Of a DNA stretch of 64,000 bases, positions 30,434-40,653 are shown piece after piece. Under the pieces are notes generated by a model that had not been told where the DNA came from, made no database searches, and was given only the letters and a program-made list of their open reading frames with translations. Each line of letters opens with the position of its first letter. Within the stretch, counting starts at the first letter, position 1. The DNA lies in contig CBDHDG010000004.1 of assembly GCA_965261595.1 (NCBI GenBank), positions 320,001-384,000 of the forward strand, written 5' to 3'. The translations under genes were made by a program, and so were the position numbers. The DNA is from a bacterium. GTDB lineage: Bacteria; UBA8248; JACPRG01; G963555815.

Positions 30434-30481
30434 CAGCGTAGTTTCTCCAAATGGAATTGACATTTCAGAAATTCCAGAGAA

Positions 30482-30504
30482 GGTGGGCAGGATGCCCGCC
30501 CTAC
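30482..30504 (-). repeat. GTAG-type REP palindrome
   Basis: Reverse complement GTAGGGCGGGCATCCTGCCCACC; related copy at 59027-59048. Confidence 0.6.
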
Positions 30505-30668
30505 CTCCGTTTGAATACACCGGCTTTTCACCGTTCAGTGGGCCGGGCGTTTGGGTCGGTTGACCCCTTGCCCGGCCGGAAGACGACGATGGCTCGGGCG
30601 GGCGATGGGGTTTCGTGTCGCGGGGTGTTTCAGGCTTGACCCAAGGCTTCCCGGATGGGAGACTTAAT

Positions 30669-32365
30669 CCCGCATTTCCCATATGGATGATAATTTTTAA
30701 CGCCCCGAAGGCCGTTTTCTCGTGTAAAATTAAGGTGTTGGCCTCTCCCTGCCATCATCTTGCGAGGGGACCCAATGGGTGAAGCGAAAAAGAGGCCGTT
30801 GAGGCTCCAATTCGACGGTCGGCTCAGGCTGGAGTTTCATGGAGCAAAGGTTACGAGTGACGCCGGTTTGCTTGCCTATCGTGAACTGGATGAGGTGTTG
30901 GGGCTAACGAAGGCGGCCGAGGGGTTTCTGTCCGATTCACGGACGGGCGGGAACACCCGGCACAGCCTCACCGCTTTGGTGCGCCAGTCGGTCTACAGCC
31001 GCCTGGCAGGATATAAAGACACCAATGATGCCGAGCGGCTCTGTGTCGATCCCGCCATGCGTCAGGTGGTTGGGGGGCGAGCGAAGTATCACACCGCTGC
31101 CTCCACCAGCCAGATGAGCCGATTCGAGACGCAGACCCTCACCCGGCCCCTTAACCCCTCAAGGCGCTGAGCGGTCTGCCCGGTGTGTTGGTGGATCGTG
31201 TCCGCAAACGCAAGCCGATTCGCAAGCTGATCCTGGACATGGACAGTTCGGTCAGCCCGACCCACGGTGAGCAGGAAGGCTCTTCCTACAACGGCCACTT
31301 CGGCTGCACCTGCTATCACCCACTGTTTTGCTTCAACCAGTTTGGCGATCTGGAGCGGGCGCTGTTGCGCAACGGCAAGGTCCACAGCGCTGATGACTGG
31401 CGGTCTGTATTGGAGCCGGTGGTAGCTCGCTACCGGGATGCGAAGGTCTGTCGGTTTTTTCGAGGCGACGCGGCATTTGCCAAGCCGGAGGTGTACCGAT
31501 ACCTTGAGGCGGAGGGCTACTCCTATGCGATTCGGCTTCCGGCCAACGCCATCTTGTACAGGGACATCGAATACCTTCTGACCCGGCCGGTTGGCCGACC
31601 GCCCAAAAGGCCCATTATCTTCTACCACAGCGTCTCCCCTATCAGGCGGCTAGTTGGGAGAAGCCTCGCCGGGTGGTGGTGGCGGTCGAGTGGCACCAGG
31701 GCGAGTTGTTTCCAAGAGTCAGCTTCATCGTGACCAACCTGCACTGGCGGGAAGAGAACGTCGTGAGGTTCTACAACCAGCGTGGGACGGCGGAGCAGTG
31801 GATCAAGGAGGGCAAGTACGCCCTGAACTGGACGCGCCTGTCCTGCCACGGCTTTGAAGAGAACCAGGTTCGCTTGCAACTATTTGCCTTGGCGTACAAC
31901 CTGGCAAACTTCCTGCGGCGGCTGGCGTTGCCCAGAGCGGTGAAGCACTGGTCGCTGACGACGTTACGCGAGAAGCTGATTAAGATTGGGGCCAAGGTGG
32001 TCACCCACGCCCGGCACACCACCTTCCAGATGGCCGAGGTGGCCGTGCCGCGTCAACTGTTCAGGGCAATCCTTGAACGAATTCGACGGTTGTGGTTACC
32101 GCCTCCCGTACCAGATACCGGATGACGGAGCAGATGGCCCGGAAGCTTAGTGACGTGGTGGAGACGGGGGATCAGTCTGTGCCGAACTCCCCTGAGTGTG
32201 CCGGTAGAGCTGGGTTTTCAAGGGATTGCGGCTTTAGGACGGCCGTTGCCCCTCGATTGAGCAGAGGGTTCTGCAAAGAGACCCTGAATCTGTAGTAAAA
32301 TGGGGTACTTTGATGACACAGGAGGACCGCAGGATGGCTAAGAGTGGTCATCTGGGAAATCCCGG
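30669..32365 (+). mobile_element. IS1380-family insertion sequence; transposase (about 30775-32125) frameshifted twice
   Basis: [45 protein letters not shown]; imperfect IRs cccgcatttcccatatg / catctgggaaatcccgg. Confidence 0.88.
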
Positions 32366-32445
32366 ATAATGTTGTGCGACGGCTCCCTGAAGAGGATCGT
32401 GAACGCTGCTCTCTGGACACTACGCCTGCGCCGTGCTGCGTTTAG

Positions 32446-34140
32446 CCTGGATATCTCACAAAGAAAGAGAGCCAAGCCGGTTTTTTTCGGGTAAACTCTT
32501 TTTGATCAACGGGTTGCCCGAAGAAAGGAGACCGACTTGACTCGCACACAGTGTATCGCAGAACAGATGGAATTCCAAGGGTTGGGTTCTCGGCGTGTGA
32601 TCGCCACTTCCAACGGCGGGGCGATCACCTCTGATGCGGGCGGTCTTTTGCTACGCGACACCGAGGGGCGGGTGAAGCTGATCGCAGGCTTCGCGGCCTG
32701 TTTTGAGGACGGTCGGGACGCGAGGCGGGTGGAAGATGAGTTGTGGGCGTTGTTGCGGCAGCGGGTGTACGCGCTGGCGCTTGGCTATGAGGACGTCAAT
32801 GACCACGAGCGGCTTCGCTTTGACCCGATGCTCCAGATCCTCTCGGGCAAGCTGGAGGCCACGCGGCGCAAGGGGGGTCCGGCCCTTGCGGGCAAGAGCA
32901 CGCTGAACCGTTTGGAGCGTCTTGCGGGCGATGGCGATGAGCGCTACCACAAGATCGCCTACCGAGGCGAGGCGATCGACCGGCTGTTGGTGGAGGGCTT
33001 CCTTCGGTCGCAGAGGCGGGCGCCGGGTCGGATCGTTTTGGACATCGACGCCACCGACGACCCGGTGCACGGCTGTCAGGAGGGGCGTTTCTTCCACGGC
33101 TATCACGGTCATTACTGCTACCTTCCGCTTTACATCTTCTGCGGGGATTTCCTTTTGTGCGCTCGGCTTCGGCCCTCCAATATCGACGCCTCCTCGGGGG
33201 TGGTGGAGGAGTTGGAGCGGATCGTTGCCCAGATTCGGGCACGCTGGCCGCAGGTGTCGATCCTGCTTCGGGCGGATTCGGACTTCTCGCGCGAGTGGAT
33301 CATGGCCTGGTGCGAGGCGCAGGGGGTGGATTACGTGTTCGGCCTGGCCAAGACCTCCCGGCTGCAGGAAGCGGTGAAGGACGAGCTGGCCGAAGCGAAG
33401 GCGCGTCATCAGAGCACGGGGAAGGGGGCGCGGTTATTCCGGTCGTTTCCTCACCGGACGCTTACATCCTGGAGCCGGGTGCGGCGGGTGGTCGCCAAGG
33501 CCGAGCACCTGGCCAAGGGCGCCAATCCGCGCTTCATCGTGACTTCGCTGGACGAGGAGGCGATCGACGCGAAGCCTCTGTACGAGCGCATCTACTGCGC
33601 CCGGGGGACGATGGAGAACCGGCTCAAGGAGCAGCAGCTCGACCTGTACGCGGACCGGACGTCGTGCACGCGGATGCGCTCCAATCAGTTGCGGCTCTAC
33701 CTGTCGGCGGTGGCCTATGAACTGATGCATGCGTTGCGTCGGCTAGGCCTTCGGGGGACGGCGTTTGCAAAGGCAACGTGTGGAACGGTGCGGACGCGGC
33801 TGCTGAAGATCGGGGCGCAGGTTCGGGTGAGCGTGCGGCGAGTGCACGTGGCCCTTGCGACGGGTTATCCGTACATGAATGTGTTCTTCCACGCCTGGCG
33901 GAACCTGCGCGCGGGGCCGGAGGGAGAGCCCGCCGTCTAAGACAGATTGCAAAATGAACGCGCAGGGAGTCGAGGCAAACGTGCGTGCGGAGCCGAGCCA
34001 AATCGGCCAAAAAGCCCCTCTCACGGGTCAACTCCAACCACCCACCGGCCCTGGTTCCACCGCAAAAGCGACAGACAGGAAAAAACACTCCAATTCACAC
34101 CCGATAATCCATCCGCCGAGTGGGTGGTGAGAAATGCGGG
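32446..34140 (+). mobile_element. IS1380-family insertion sequence with intact transposase
   Basis: Imperfect IRs cctggatatctcac / gtgagaaatgcggg around the 32537-33940 transposase. Confidence 0.88.
32537..33940 (+). CDS. IS1380-family DDE transposase
   Basis: ITSDAGGLLL, GYEDVNDH, LDIDATDDPVHG.QEG, LRADS, YCARGTMENRLKEQQ; AAGGAG RBS and TTG start. Confidence 0.93.
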   Translation: MTRTQCIAEQMEFQGLGSRRVIATSNGGAITSDAGGLLLRDTEGRVKLIAGFAACFEDGRDARRVEDELWALLRQRVYALALGYEDVNDHERLRFDPMLQILSGKLEATRRKGGPALAGKSTLNRLERLAGDGDERYHKIAYRGEAIDRLLVEGFLRSQRRAPGRIVLDIDATDDPVHGCQEGRFFHGYHGHYCYLPLYIFCGDFLLCARLRPSNIDASSGVVEELERIVAQIRARWPQVSILLRADSDFSREWIMAWCEAQGVDYVFGLAKTSRLQEAVKDELAEAKARHQSTGKGARLFRSFPHRTLTSWSRVRRVVAKAEHLAKGANPRFIVTSLDEEAIDAKPLYERIYCARGTMENRLKEQQLDLYADRTSCTRMRSNQLRLYLSAVAYELMHALRRLGLRGTAFAKATCGTVRTRLLKIGAQVRVSVRRVHVALATGYPYMNVFFHAWRNLRAGPEGEPAV

Positions 34141-34350
34141 TTAATGTATACTCTGATTTCCTGGATGGGATGGGAAGAACCTACCCGGTCGCCTGATATC
34201 GAGACGGGCGAGTTCCTCCAAGGCGGCGGACGCTCTCTATTCATTCCAGCGCACGCGGCCCCCGCAACTGCGTGAGGGGGCATGCATAGGGGGGGGCTCT
34301 CTGCGGAGACAACCTCGATTCGAATCGGTGGCAATAGGAGGGAGAAAACC

Positions 34351-35352
34351 ATGAAGGCCACACGATATTTGATGGGCGCCCTTTTGGCGCTGAGCATGGC
34401 GACCGGCGCGGGAGCGGGCGAAAAGGCCAATTTAATCCTGGACTGGCTGATCATCGGCAGTCACGCCGGCTACTACTCGGCGCTCGACAAGGGCTTCTTC
34501 AAGGACCAGGGGATCGATATGACGATCATCCCGGGCAAGGGCTCCGGGTACGCTGTCAAGACGCTGGGCGCCGGCAAGGTCACGTTCGGCTACGCGGATT
34601 TAGGCGCGATGATCGTCGGCCGCTCCAAGGGAGCGACAAACCGGATGATCGGGATGTTGATCGGGAACGCGCCCTATGTCCTCTATTCCCTTGAACCCAA
34701 CGCCGTCCGGAAACCCAAGGATCTGGAAGGCAAGAGCATCGCCTCCACGAGAGGCGATACGCTCTATATCCTTTTCCCCGCCTTCGCCAAGCTCGCCGGA
34801 TTTGACGCGAACAAGGTGAAATGGCAGATCATGACCGTCAGCGCGATGATCCCGAGCCTCATCTCCGGCAAGGTCGATCTGTCCGCGCACTACACGGGAA
34901 GCGGACCCATCGTCGAAGGAACGGCGGCGAAGAACGGCAGGAAGGCCGTGCCGCTTTACTTCAGAGACTACGGCTTCAACATCTACTCCAACGGCCTTCA
35001 GACCCAGGATGAGACCATCGCCAAGAACCCCAAACTCGTCCGCGCGTTCCTGGCGGCGATCTACAAGGGCGTCGGCTGGGCCATCGCGAATCAGAAAGAA
35101 GCCATCAAAATCCTGGGGAAGTACAACCAGGCGCTGAACCCGGATTTGGGGCTCAAAAGCTGGCGGGTCACGATCAAGGAAATCCTGACCGACGAGGTGA
35201 AAAAACACGGCCTCGGCTACATGACGGCCGCAAAGGTGAAAAACACGCGCAAGATGATGATCGACTTTTTGAACGTCAAGAATCCCCCGTCGGTCAGCGA
35301 GTCTTATACGACGGAGTTCCTCCCCGGGATCAAACCGCCCAAGGCGATGTAG
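34351..35352 (+). CDS. ABC substrate-binding protein, NMT1/THI5-like
   Basis: Signal peptide, LILDW..G.HAG, GFFK..GID, IYSNG, YTTEFL. Confidence 0.9.
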   Translation: MKATRYLMGALLALSMATGAGAGEKANLILDWLIIGSHAGYYSALDKGFFKDQGIDMTIIPGKGSGYAVKTLGAGKVTFGYADLGAMIVGRSKGATNRMIGMLIGNAPYVLYSLEPNAVRKPKDLEGKSIASTRGDTLYILFPAFAKLAGFDANKVKWQIMTVSAMIPSLISGKVDLSAHYTGSGPIVEGTAAKNGRKAVPLYFRDYGFNIYSNGLQTQDETIAKNPKLVRAFLAAIYKGVGWAIANQKEAIKILGKYNQALNPDLGLKSWRVTIKEILTDEVKKHGLGYMTAAKVKNTRKMMIDFLNVKNPPSVSESYTTEFLPGIKPPKAM

Positions 35353-35429
35353 GGGGCGCTCCACGGGGATCTCGATCGCGGGCGAGTTGACAACCAACCC
35401 CGGAGGATGCCGGCCGGAGGCGAAGGAAG

Positions 35430-36389
35430 GTGCGCGAAGGGGATCTATGGCCCGCGCTGCGGGCGTACTGGCATCCGGTCGCTTTCGCGGAAGCCGTCGG
35501 CGAAAAACCGCTGGCCGTCCGGCTCCTGGATGAGCGGATCGCGGTCTGCCGCCTCGGGGGCCGGGCGGTCGCCTTCCACGACCTCTGCATCCACCGGGGG
35601 ACGCCGATCTCCCTGGGTTGGGTGGAAGGCGAGCACATGGTCTGCGCCTATCACGGCTGGGCCTACGACGCCGGAGGAAAGTGCGTCCGGATTCCGTCGG
35701 TTCCCCCCGGGCATCCCATCCCCAAAAAGGCATGCCTCACCCGTTACCCTACGCAGGAGCGCTACGGCCTGGTGTGGGTTTGCCTGGACGAGAAACCCCG
35801 GGCGCCCATCCCCGAGTTTCCGATGCTGGAGGCTCCGGACGTTCGGTGGGTTTACCGCGACAGAAGAATCTGGAATTGCAGCGCCGCGCGGGCCATAGAA
35901 AACTTTCTCGATCTGGGCCATCTGCCCTGGGTGCACGAAGGAATCCTGGGCGACCGCGAGCATCCGCTGACCCCGGATATCGACGTCGTCCGGGACGGTG
36001 AAGAGATCCGGTTCACGGTGGACCAGCGGCCCGACAAATCCCACGACAATCCTTTTCAACGGATCTATCGCGTCAACCGGCCCTTCGCCGTCTCCATGCT
36101 GAAAGAAGAAGCGGACGGAAACGCGGAGCTCTTGGTTTTTGTCTGCACCCCGCATACGGCGCGGGAGAGCACCCGGTGCGTTTTGATCGGACGGAATCAT
36201 GAACCGCCGTCCGAAGCGGCCCGGATCGAAATGTTCAACAACACCATCATCGAGCAGGACCGGACGATTGTCGAAAACCAGCGCCCGGAGGAGCTTCCGC
36301 TGGATTTGACGGAGGAGCTTCACCTCAAGGGGCCGGACGCCCCCGCCCTCGGATACCGGAGGATGATGAGAGAGCTCGGCGTAGAATAG
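35430..36389 (+). CDS. Rieske non-heme iron oxygenase alpha subunit (VanA/NdmA demethylase-like), paralog 1
   Basis: CIHRG..CAYHG Rieske; ENFLDLGHLPWVH iron motif; EQDRTIVENQRP. Confidence 0.92.
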   Translation: MREGDLWPALRAYWHPVAFAEAVGEKPLAVRLLDERIAVCRLGGRAVAFHDLCIHRGTPISLGWVEGEHMVCAYHGWAYDAGGKCVRIPSVPPGHPIPKKACLTRYPTQERYGLVWVCLDEKPRAPIPEFPMLEAPDVRWVYRDRRIWNCSAARAIENFLDLGHLPWVHEGILGDREHPLTPDIDVVRDGEEIRFTVDQRPDKSHDNPFQRIYRVNRPFAVSMLKEEADGNAELLVFVCTPHTARESTRCVLIGRNHEPPSEAARIEMFNNTIIEQDRTIVENQRPEELPLDLTEELHLKGPDAPALGYRRMMRELGVE

Positions 36390-36475
36390 GCCGAGCCCGC
36401 CCGGCGTCGCGGACGGGATGCCTCGATATCGCCGCCGTCGCTTCTCATTTCCACCCGCGGAATCAGGACCGCCCC

Positions 36476-37231
36476 ATGATCCTCGAAGAGAAAGTCATCA
36501 TTGTCACCGGAGCGGCGCGGGGCATTGGAAAGGTCTACGCCAAGGGAATCGCGGAAGCCGGAGGCAAAGTCGTCGTCGCCGACATCCTCGATGGCGACTC
36601 GACCCTGGAGGAAGTCCGGAATGCGGGGGGCGAGGGCCTTTTCGTGCATGCCGACATCTCGGATGAACAGAGCGTGCAAGCCCTGGCGGAAACGGCGAAC
36701 AATCATTTCGGCCGCATCGACGGACTGGTCAACAACGCCGCGATGTTCGCCGGGATGACCTATCATCCCTTCGACCAAATCGCGGTCGAGGAATGGGACC
36801 GGGTCATGGCCGTCAACGTCAAAGGGCCCTGGCTGGCCGCGCGGGCGGTTTATCCCTTCATGAAGGCGCGGGGCGCCGGCAAGATCATCAACATCGCGTC
36901 CGGCGCTCCGTTCAAGGGAAACCCGCTCTTCAGCCACTATTCGGTTTCAAAAGGGGCCGTCGTCGCGTTGACGAGAGTCCTGGCCCGCTCGATGGGCAAG
37001 GACGGAATCTGCGTGAACACGGTGGCGCCCGGATTCACTCACACCGACATCCTGATTGCCACGCGGGAGGACCTGGAAGCGGTCGATGTGGCCGAGGTCG
37101 CGTCGCGGGCCATTCCCCGGACGGAATTTCCGGAGGACCTGGTCGGGGCGATCGTCTTCTTCCTTTCAAGCGGCGCCGATTTCATCACGGGCCAAACCCT
37201 CCTCGTGGACGGCGGGTCCTACATGTTGTGA
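36476..37231 (+). CDS. Short-chain dehydrogenase/reductase
   Basis: TGAARGIG, NNAA, YSVSK, APG, ITGQTLLVDGG. Confidence 0.93.
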   Translation: MILEEKVIIVTGAARGIGKVYAKGIAEAGGKVVVADILDGDSTLEEVRNAGGEGLFVHADISDEQSVQALAETANNHFGRIDGLVNNAAMFAGMTYHPFDQIAVEEWDRVMAVNVKGPWLAARAVYPFMKARGAGKIINIASGAPFKGNPLFSHYSVSKGAVVALTRVLARSMGKDGICVNTVAPGFTHTDILIATREDLEAVDVAEVASRAIPRTEFPEDLVGAIVFFLSSGADFITGQTLLVDGGSYML

Positions 37232-37309
37232 GTCATGACCGCGGCGGCCAAACACAAACCGTCCCCTGAAAGGCGTTCATTGTGATTCATTTCCGGATAG
37301 GAATGAGCC

Positions 37310-38269
37310 ATGCGTGAAGGAGATCTTTGGCCCGCGCTGCGGGCGTACTGGCATCCGGTCGCTTTCGCGGAAGCCGTCGGCGAAAAACCGCTGGCCGTCC
37401 GGCTCCTGGATGAGCGGATCGCGGTCTGCCGCCTCGGGGGCCGGGCGGTCGCCTTCCACGACCTCTGCATCCACCGGGGGACGCCGATCTCCCTGGGTTG
37501 GGTGGAAGGCGAGCATGTGGTCTGCGCCTATCACGGCTGGGCCTACGACGCCGGCGGGAAGTGCGTCCGGATTCCGTCCATTCCCCCCGAGCATCCCATC
37601 CCCAAGAAAGCCTGCCTCACCCGTTACCCTACGCAGGAGCGGTACGGCCTGGTGTGGGTTTGCCTGGATAAGAAACCCCGGGCGCCCATCCCCGACCTTC
37701 CGATGTTGGAAGACCCCTCTTTGCGCGTGGTGGTCCGCGACCGCAGGGTGTGGCAATGCACCGCCGCCCGCGCCATCGAGAACTTTCTCGACCTGGCCCA
37801 CATCCCCTGGGTGCACGACGGGACGCTCGGCAACCATAACAATCCTCAGACCCAGGACGTCGATCTGGAAAGAGACGGCGAAGAGCTCCGGTTCACGGTC
37901 CAAGACGTTTCCGATCATTTGCACGCGCTCGCCTGCGTACGCTCGTATCGAACCCACCGGCCGTTCTCGGTCTTCCTGTTGAAAGAGGAATCCGACGGAA
38001 GCACGGAGATCATGTGGTTCAGCTGCACACCGCATTCAGCAAAATCCTGTACGCGGTGCATCCTGATTGCCAGAAATTTCGATCCGCCTCCGGGCGTGTC
38101 CAGAATCGAAGACATCGAAGAGATCGTCATCGCCGAAGACCAGGGCATCGTCGAAAACCAGCGGCCCGAGGAGCTTCCACTGGATTTGACCGAGGAGTTT
38201 CACCTGAAAGGGCCGGACGCCCCCGCCCTTGCATACCGCCGGATGATGAGAGAACTCGGCGTGGAGTGA
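37310..38269 (+). CDS. Rieske non-heme iron oxygenase alpha subunit, paralog 2
   Basis: Same Rieske motif; ENFLDLAHIPWVH; AEDQGIVENQRP. Confidence 0.92.
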   Translation: MREGDLWPALRAYWHPVAFAEAVGEKPLAVRLLDERIAVCRLGGRAVAFHDLCIHRGTPISLGWVEGEHVVCAYHGWAYDAGGKCVRIPSIPPEHPIPKKACLTRYPTQERYGLVWVCLDKKPRAPIPDLPMLEDPSLRVVVRDRRVWQCTAARAIENFLDLAHIPWVHDGTLGNHNNPQTQDVDLERDGEELRFTVQDVSDHLHALACVRSYRTHRPFSVFLLKEESDGSTEIMWFSCTPHSAKSCTRCILIARNFDPPPGVSRIEDIEEIVIAEDQGIVENQRPEELPLDLTEEFHLKGPDAPALAYRRMMRELGVE

Positions 38270-38274
38270 GAAGA

Positions 38275-39567
38275 ATGGAGACAGACGCGGTCCTGGCATC
38301 GATCGACAAGGAAGAGCTGGCGGACCTGTCCGTTCATCTCGGCAACATCCCCAGCCCGACAGGGTTTGAAGAGCCCATGGGAGAAGCGGTCTACACCTGG
38401 CTCGAGGAGAACGGCTTTCACCCCGCCAAGATGGAAGTCGCACCGGGGCGCAACAACGTCGTCGCAGTCTTGAAGGGCGCCGGAGAGGGCAAATCCCTGC
38501 TCTTCAACAGCCACATGGACACCAAGTACGGCGCACCCGGGGATGAGTGGGGCGCGGGGGAGGTGCTCCCCAGGCACATCAGCGCCTGGCGCGACGGGGA
38601 CCGGCTCTACGGGTCTCCGGTGTTCAACGACAGGGGCCCCATGGCGGCGTTTTTCCTGGCGGCGAAGGCCATTCGGGATGGCGGAATCAAGCTCAAAGGA
38701 GATCTTTACCTGACGGCGGTGGTGGGTGAAATCGGGTCCGCCCCCGTCGACGAATTCCAAGGACCCCGTTATTTCGGCAAAGGCGTGGGGGCGCGTCATC
38801 TCGTCCACCATGGGGTCGTCGCCGACTTCGCGCTGGTCGCGGAGTGCACCAGCTTTTGTGTCACCTGGACGCAGTGCGGCTGTGTCTATTTCCAGATCAC
38901 CACCATGGGCAAGGGAATCTACACCCCTTATATCCCGAGGCCCACGCCTCGGGAAACCGGCCCGAACGCCGTCGTCAAGATGGCGAAGATTATCCAGGCC
39001 CTCGAGGACTGGGCCGATGATTACATCGAACGCGAGAGCGCGACCATCGGTGGAGGGACCATCCGCCCCAACGCGACCATCGGGGCCATTCGAGGCGGCA
39101 TCCCCCACAAAATCTCAAACTCCGTCGGCCGATGCAGCCTGTACTTCGATGTCCGGCTCCTTCCCGGGAAAAGCCCGCTCTCCATGAAACGGGAAATCGA
39201 GCGGGTCATTCGGGAAACGGGCGTCGAGGCCGAGGTCCGTCCTTATATGACCCGCAGGGGATTCGAGGCCGAGGGACAGGAGCCGCTCGTGGACAGCATC
39301 CAGCGGGCGCATGACAAGGTCATCGGAAAACCCATGGGGACCATTGACCCGCCCATCACGAGCATGTGGCGGGACATGAACGTTTTCAATGAGGCCGGAA
39401 TTCCGGCGGCCACCTATGGGCCCTTCATCCGAGAAGTCTGGCAGGAAAAACCGGACCCGAATGCCGCGAATCGGGAATTCCTCCACGCGGACGACCTGCT
39501 GGCGGCCTCGAAGACTTACGCACTGATAGCGATGGATATCTGCAACCAAGACGCCGGGCCTTCATAA
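38275..39567 (+). CDS. M20 family metallo-hydrolase (ArgE/DapE-like)
   Basis: LLFNSHMDT, NDRG, VVGEI, VAEC, DVRLLPG, AGIPAATYGP. Confidence 0.85.
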   Translation: METDAVLASIDKEELADLSVHLGNIPSPTGFEEPMGEAVYTWLEENGFHPAKMEVAPGRNNVVAVLKGAGEGKSLLFNSHMDTKYGAPGDEWGAGEVLPRHISAWRDGDRLYGSPVFNDRGPMAAFFLAAKAIRDGGIKLKGDLYLTAVVGEIGSAPVDEFQGPRYFGKGVGARHLVHHGVVADFALVAECTSFCVTWTQCGCVYFQITTMGKGIYTPYIPRPTPRETGPNAVVKMAKIIQALEDWADDYIERESATIGGGTIRPNATIGAIRGGIPHKISNSVGRCSLYFDVRLLPGKSPLSMKREIERVIRETGVEAEVRPYMTRRGFEAEGQEPLVDSIQRAHDKVIGKPMGTIDPPITSMWRDMNVFNEAGIPAATYGPFIREVWQEKPDPNAANREFLHADDLLAASKTYALIAMDICNQDAGPS

Positions 39568-40107
39568 GTCGGTCCGCTCCGCGGAGCCCTCCCCCCCCAC
39601 CCCGGGAAGCGCAACCCGCATTTCTCCCCGACCGATTCCTCCGCCCCCCCCCCACGATCCGGGACTTTCCTCCGCGGGAAACCCGCCTTCAGACACGGGC
39701 CGAGCACGCACCGACACAAGACCGCTTCATTCGAAAAATTGGGGATCAATCTCGAATTTTACAGCTAATCTAAGCGTCCAAGGATTATTAGAATTTTCTA
39801 ATTGCAATTAATTTAATCAGTTATGATATAATCATTAATGTAGTTTGTGATTTATTCGGGGAAGCTGGGTCTGCCGGGTCTTTGTTGATCAGCGTTTTGG
39901 GCAATCAAAAGACTCATTTGAGGCATGATGGACCGTTTTATTGCTCCCGCTCTCAACCCAATCGCCCCCTCAGGCGACCGAGTTTCAAAACATGGCGCAC
40001 GCCGCTATCGGGCAGAGAACCATGGCATCACAGAAGGGGATTCGCCCCGGCCTGGAGGTCACTCCGGGGATTTCCGGGCGGACCCACATGCGAGGAGGAG
40101 GAATGTT

Positions 40108-40602
40108 TTGCGTGGAAAATTGAATCGGCCGTTCCATGCGGCTTGGATCTTGGCGTTCATCAGTCTGGCCGCGCTCGCCTTCACCCCCGGCGTCGCGACG
40201 GCGGCCCAGGTGGTGCGCATCAAATCGAAGACCGCCAACGTCCGCTCCGGGCCGGGAACAAGATTCAAAAAGGTGTGGACCGCTCCGCGGAACTACCCGT
40301 ACCGGGTCATCAAGCGCAGGGGGCGATGGCTCAAAGTCCGTGACTACGAGGGATATCAAGACTGGGTCCATAAAGGCCTGACCGACGCCAAACACGCGGT
40401 CATCGTCAAGGTCAAATCCGCCAACATCAGAAAAGGGCCGGGCGCGGACCAGCCGGCCATCTTCACGGCCGACAAAGGCGTCCCGTTCCTCGTGGTGGGA
40501 AAGAAGGGAAGCTGGCTGAAAGTCCGTCACGCCGACGGGGACGAGGGATGGATTGCCCGAAAGCTCCTCTGGGGGGCCTCCCGGGACCCATCGAACCTTT
40601 AG
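40108..40602 (+). CDS. Secreted tandem bacterial SH3 (SH3_4) domain protein
   Basis: Signal-like segment, ANVRSGPG..WLKVRD..WVH and ANIRKGPG..WLKVRH..GWI; GAGGAGG RBS before TTG 40108 (ORF track starts at 39925). Confidence 0.85.
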   Translation: MRGKLNRPFHAAWILAFISLAALAFTPGVATAAQVVRIKSKTANVRSGPGTRFKKVWTAPRNYPYRVIKRRGRWLKVRDYEGYQDWVHKGLTDAKHAVIVKVKSANIRKGPGADQPAIFTADKGVPFLVVGKKGSWLKVRHADGDEGWIARKLLWGASRDPSNL

Positions 40603-40653
40603 CCCCGGAAATGGGCGTCATGAGAAAGAAATCCCGCGCGGAATCCCGGTTTC

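Noticed and set aside
34146..34350. TPP riboswitch upstream of NMT1/THI5-like SBP genes (also checked 27310-27600 and 44700-44950)
   Set aside because: No CTGAGA..ACCTGA core seen.
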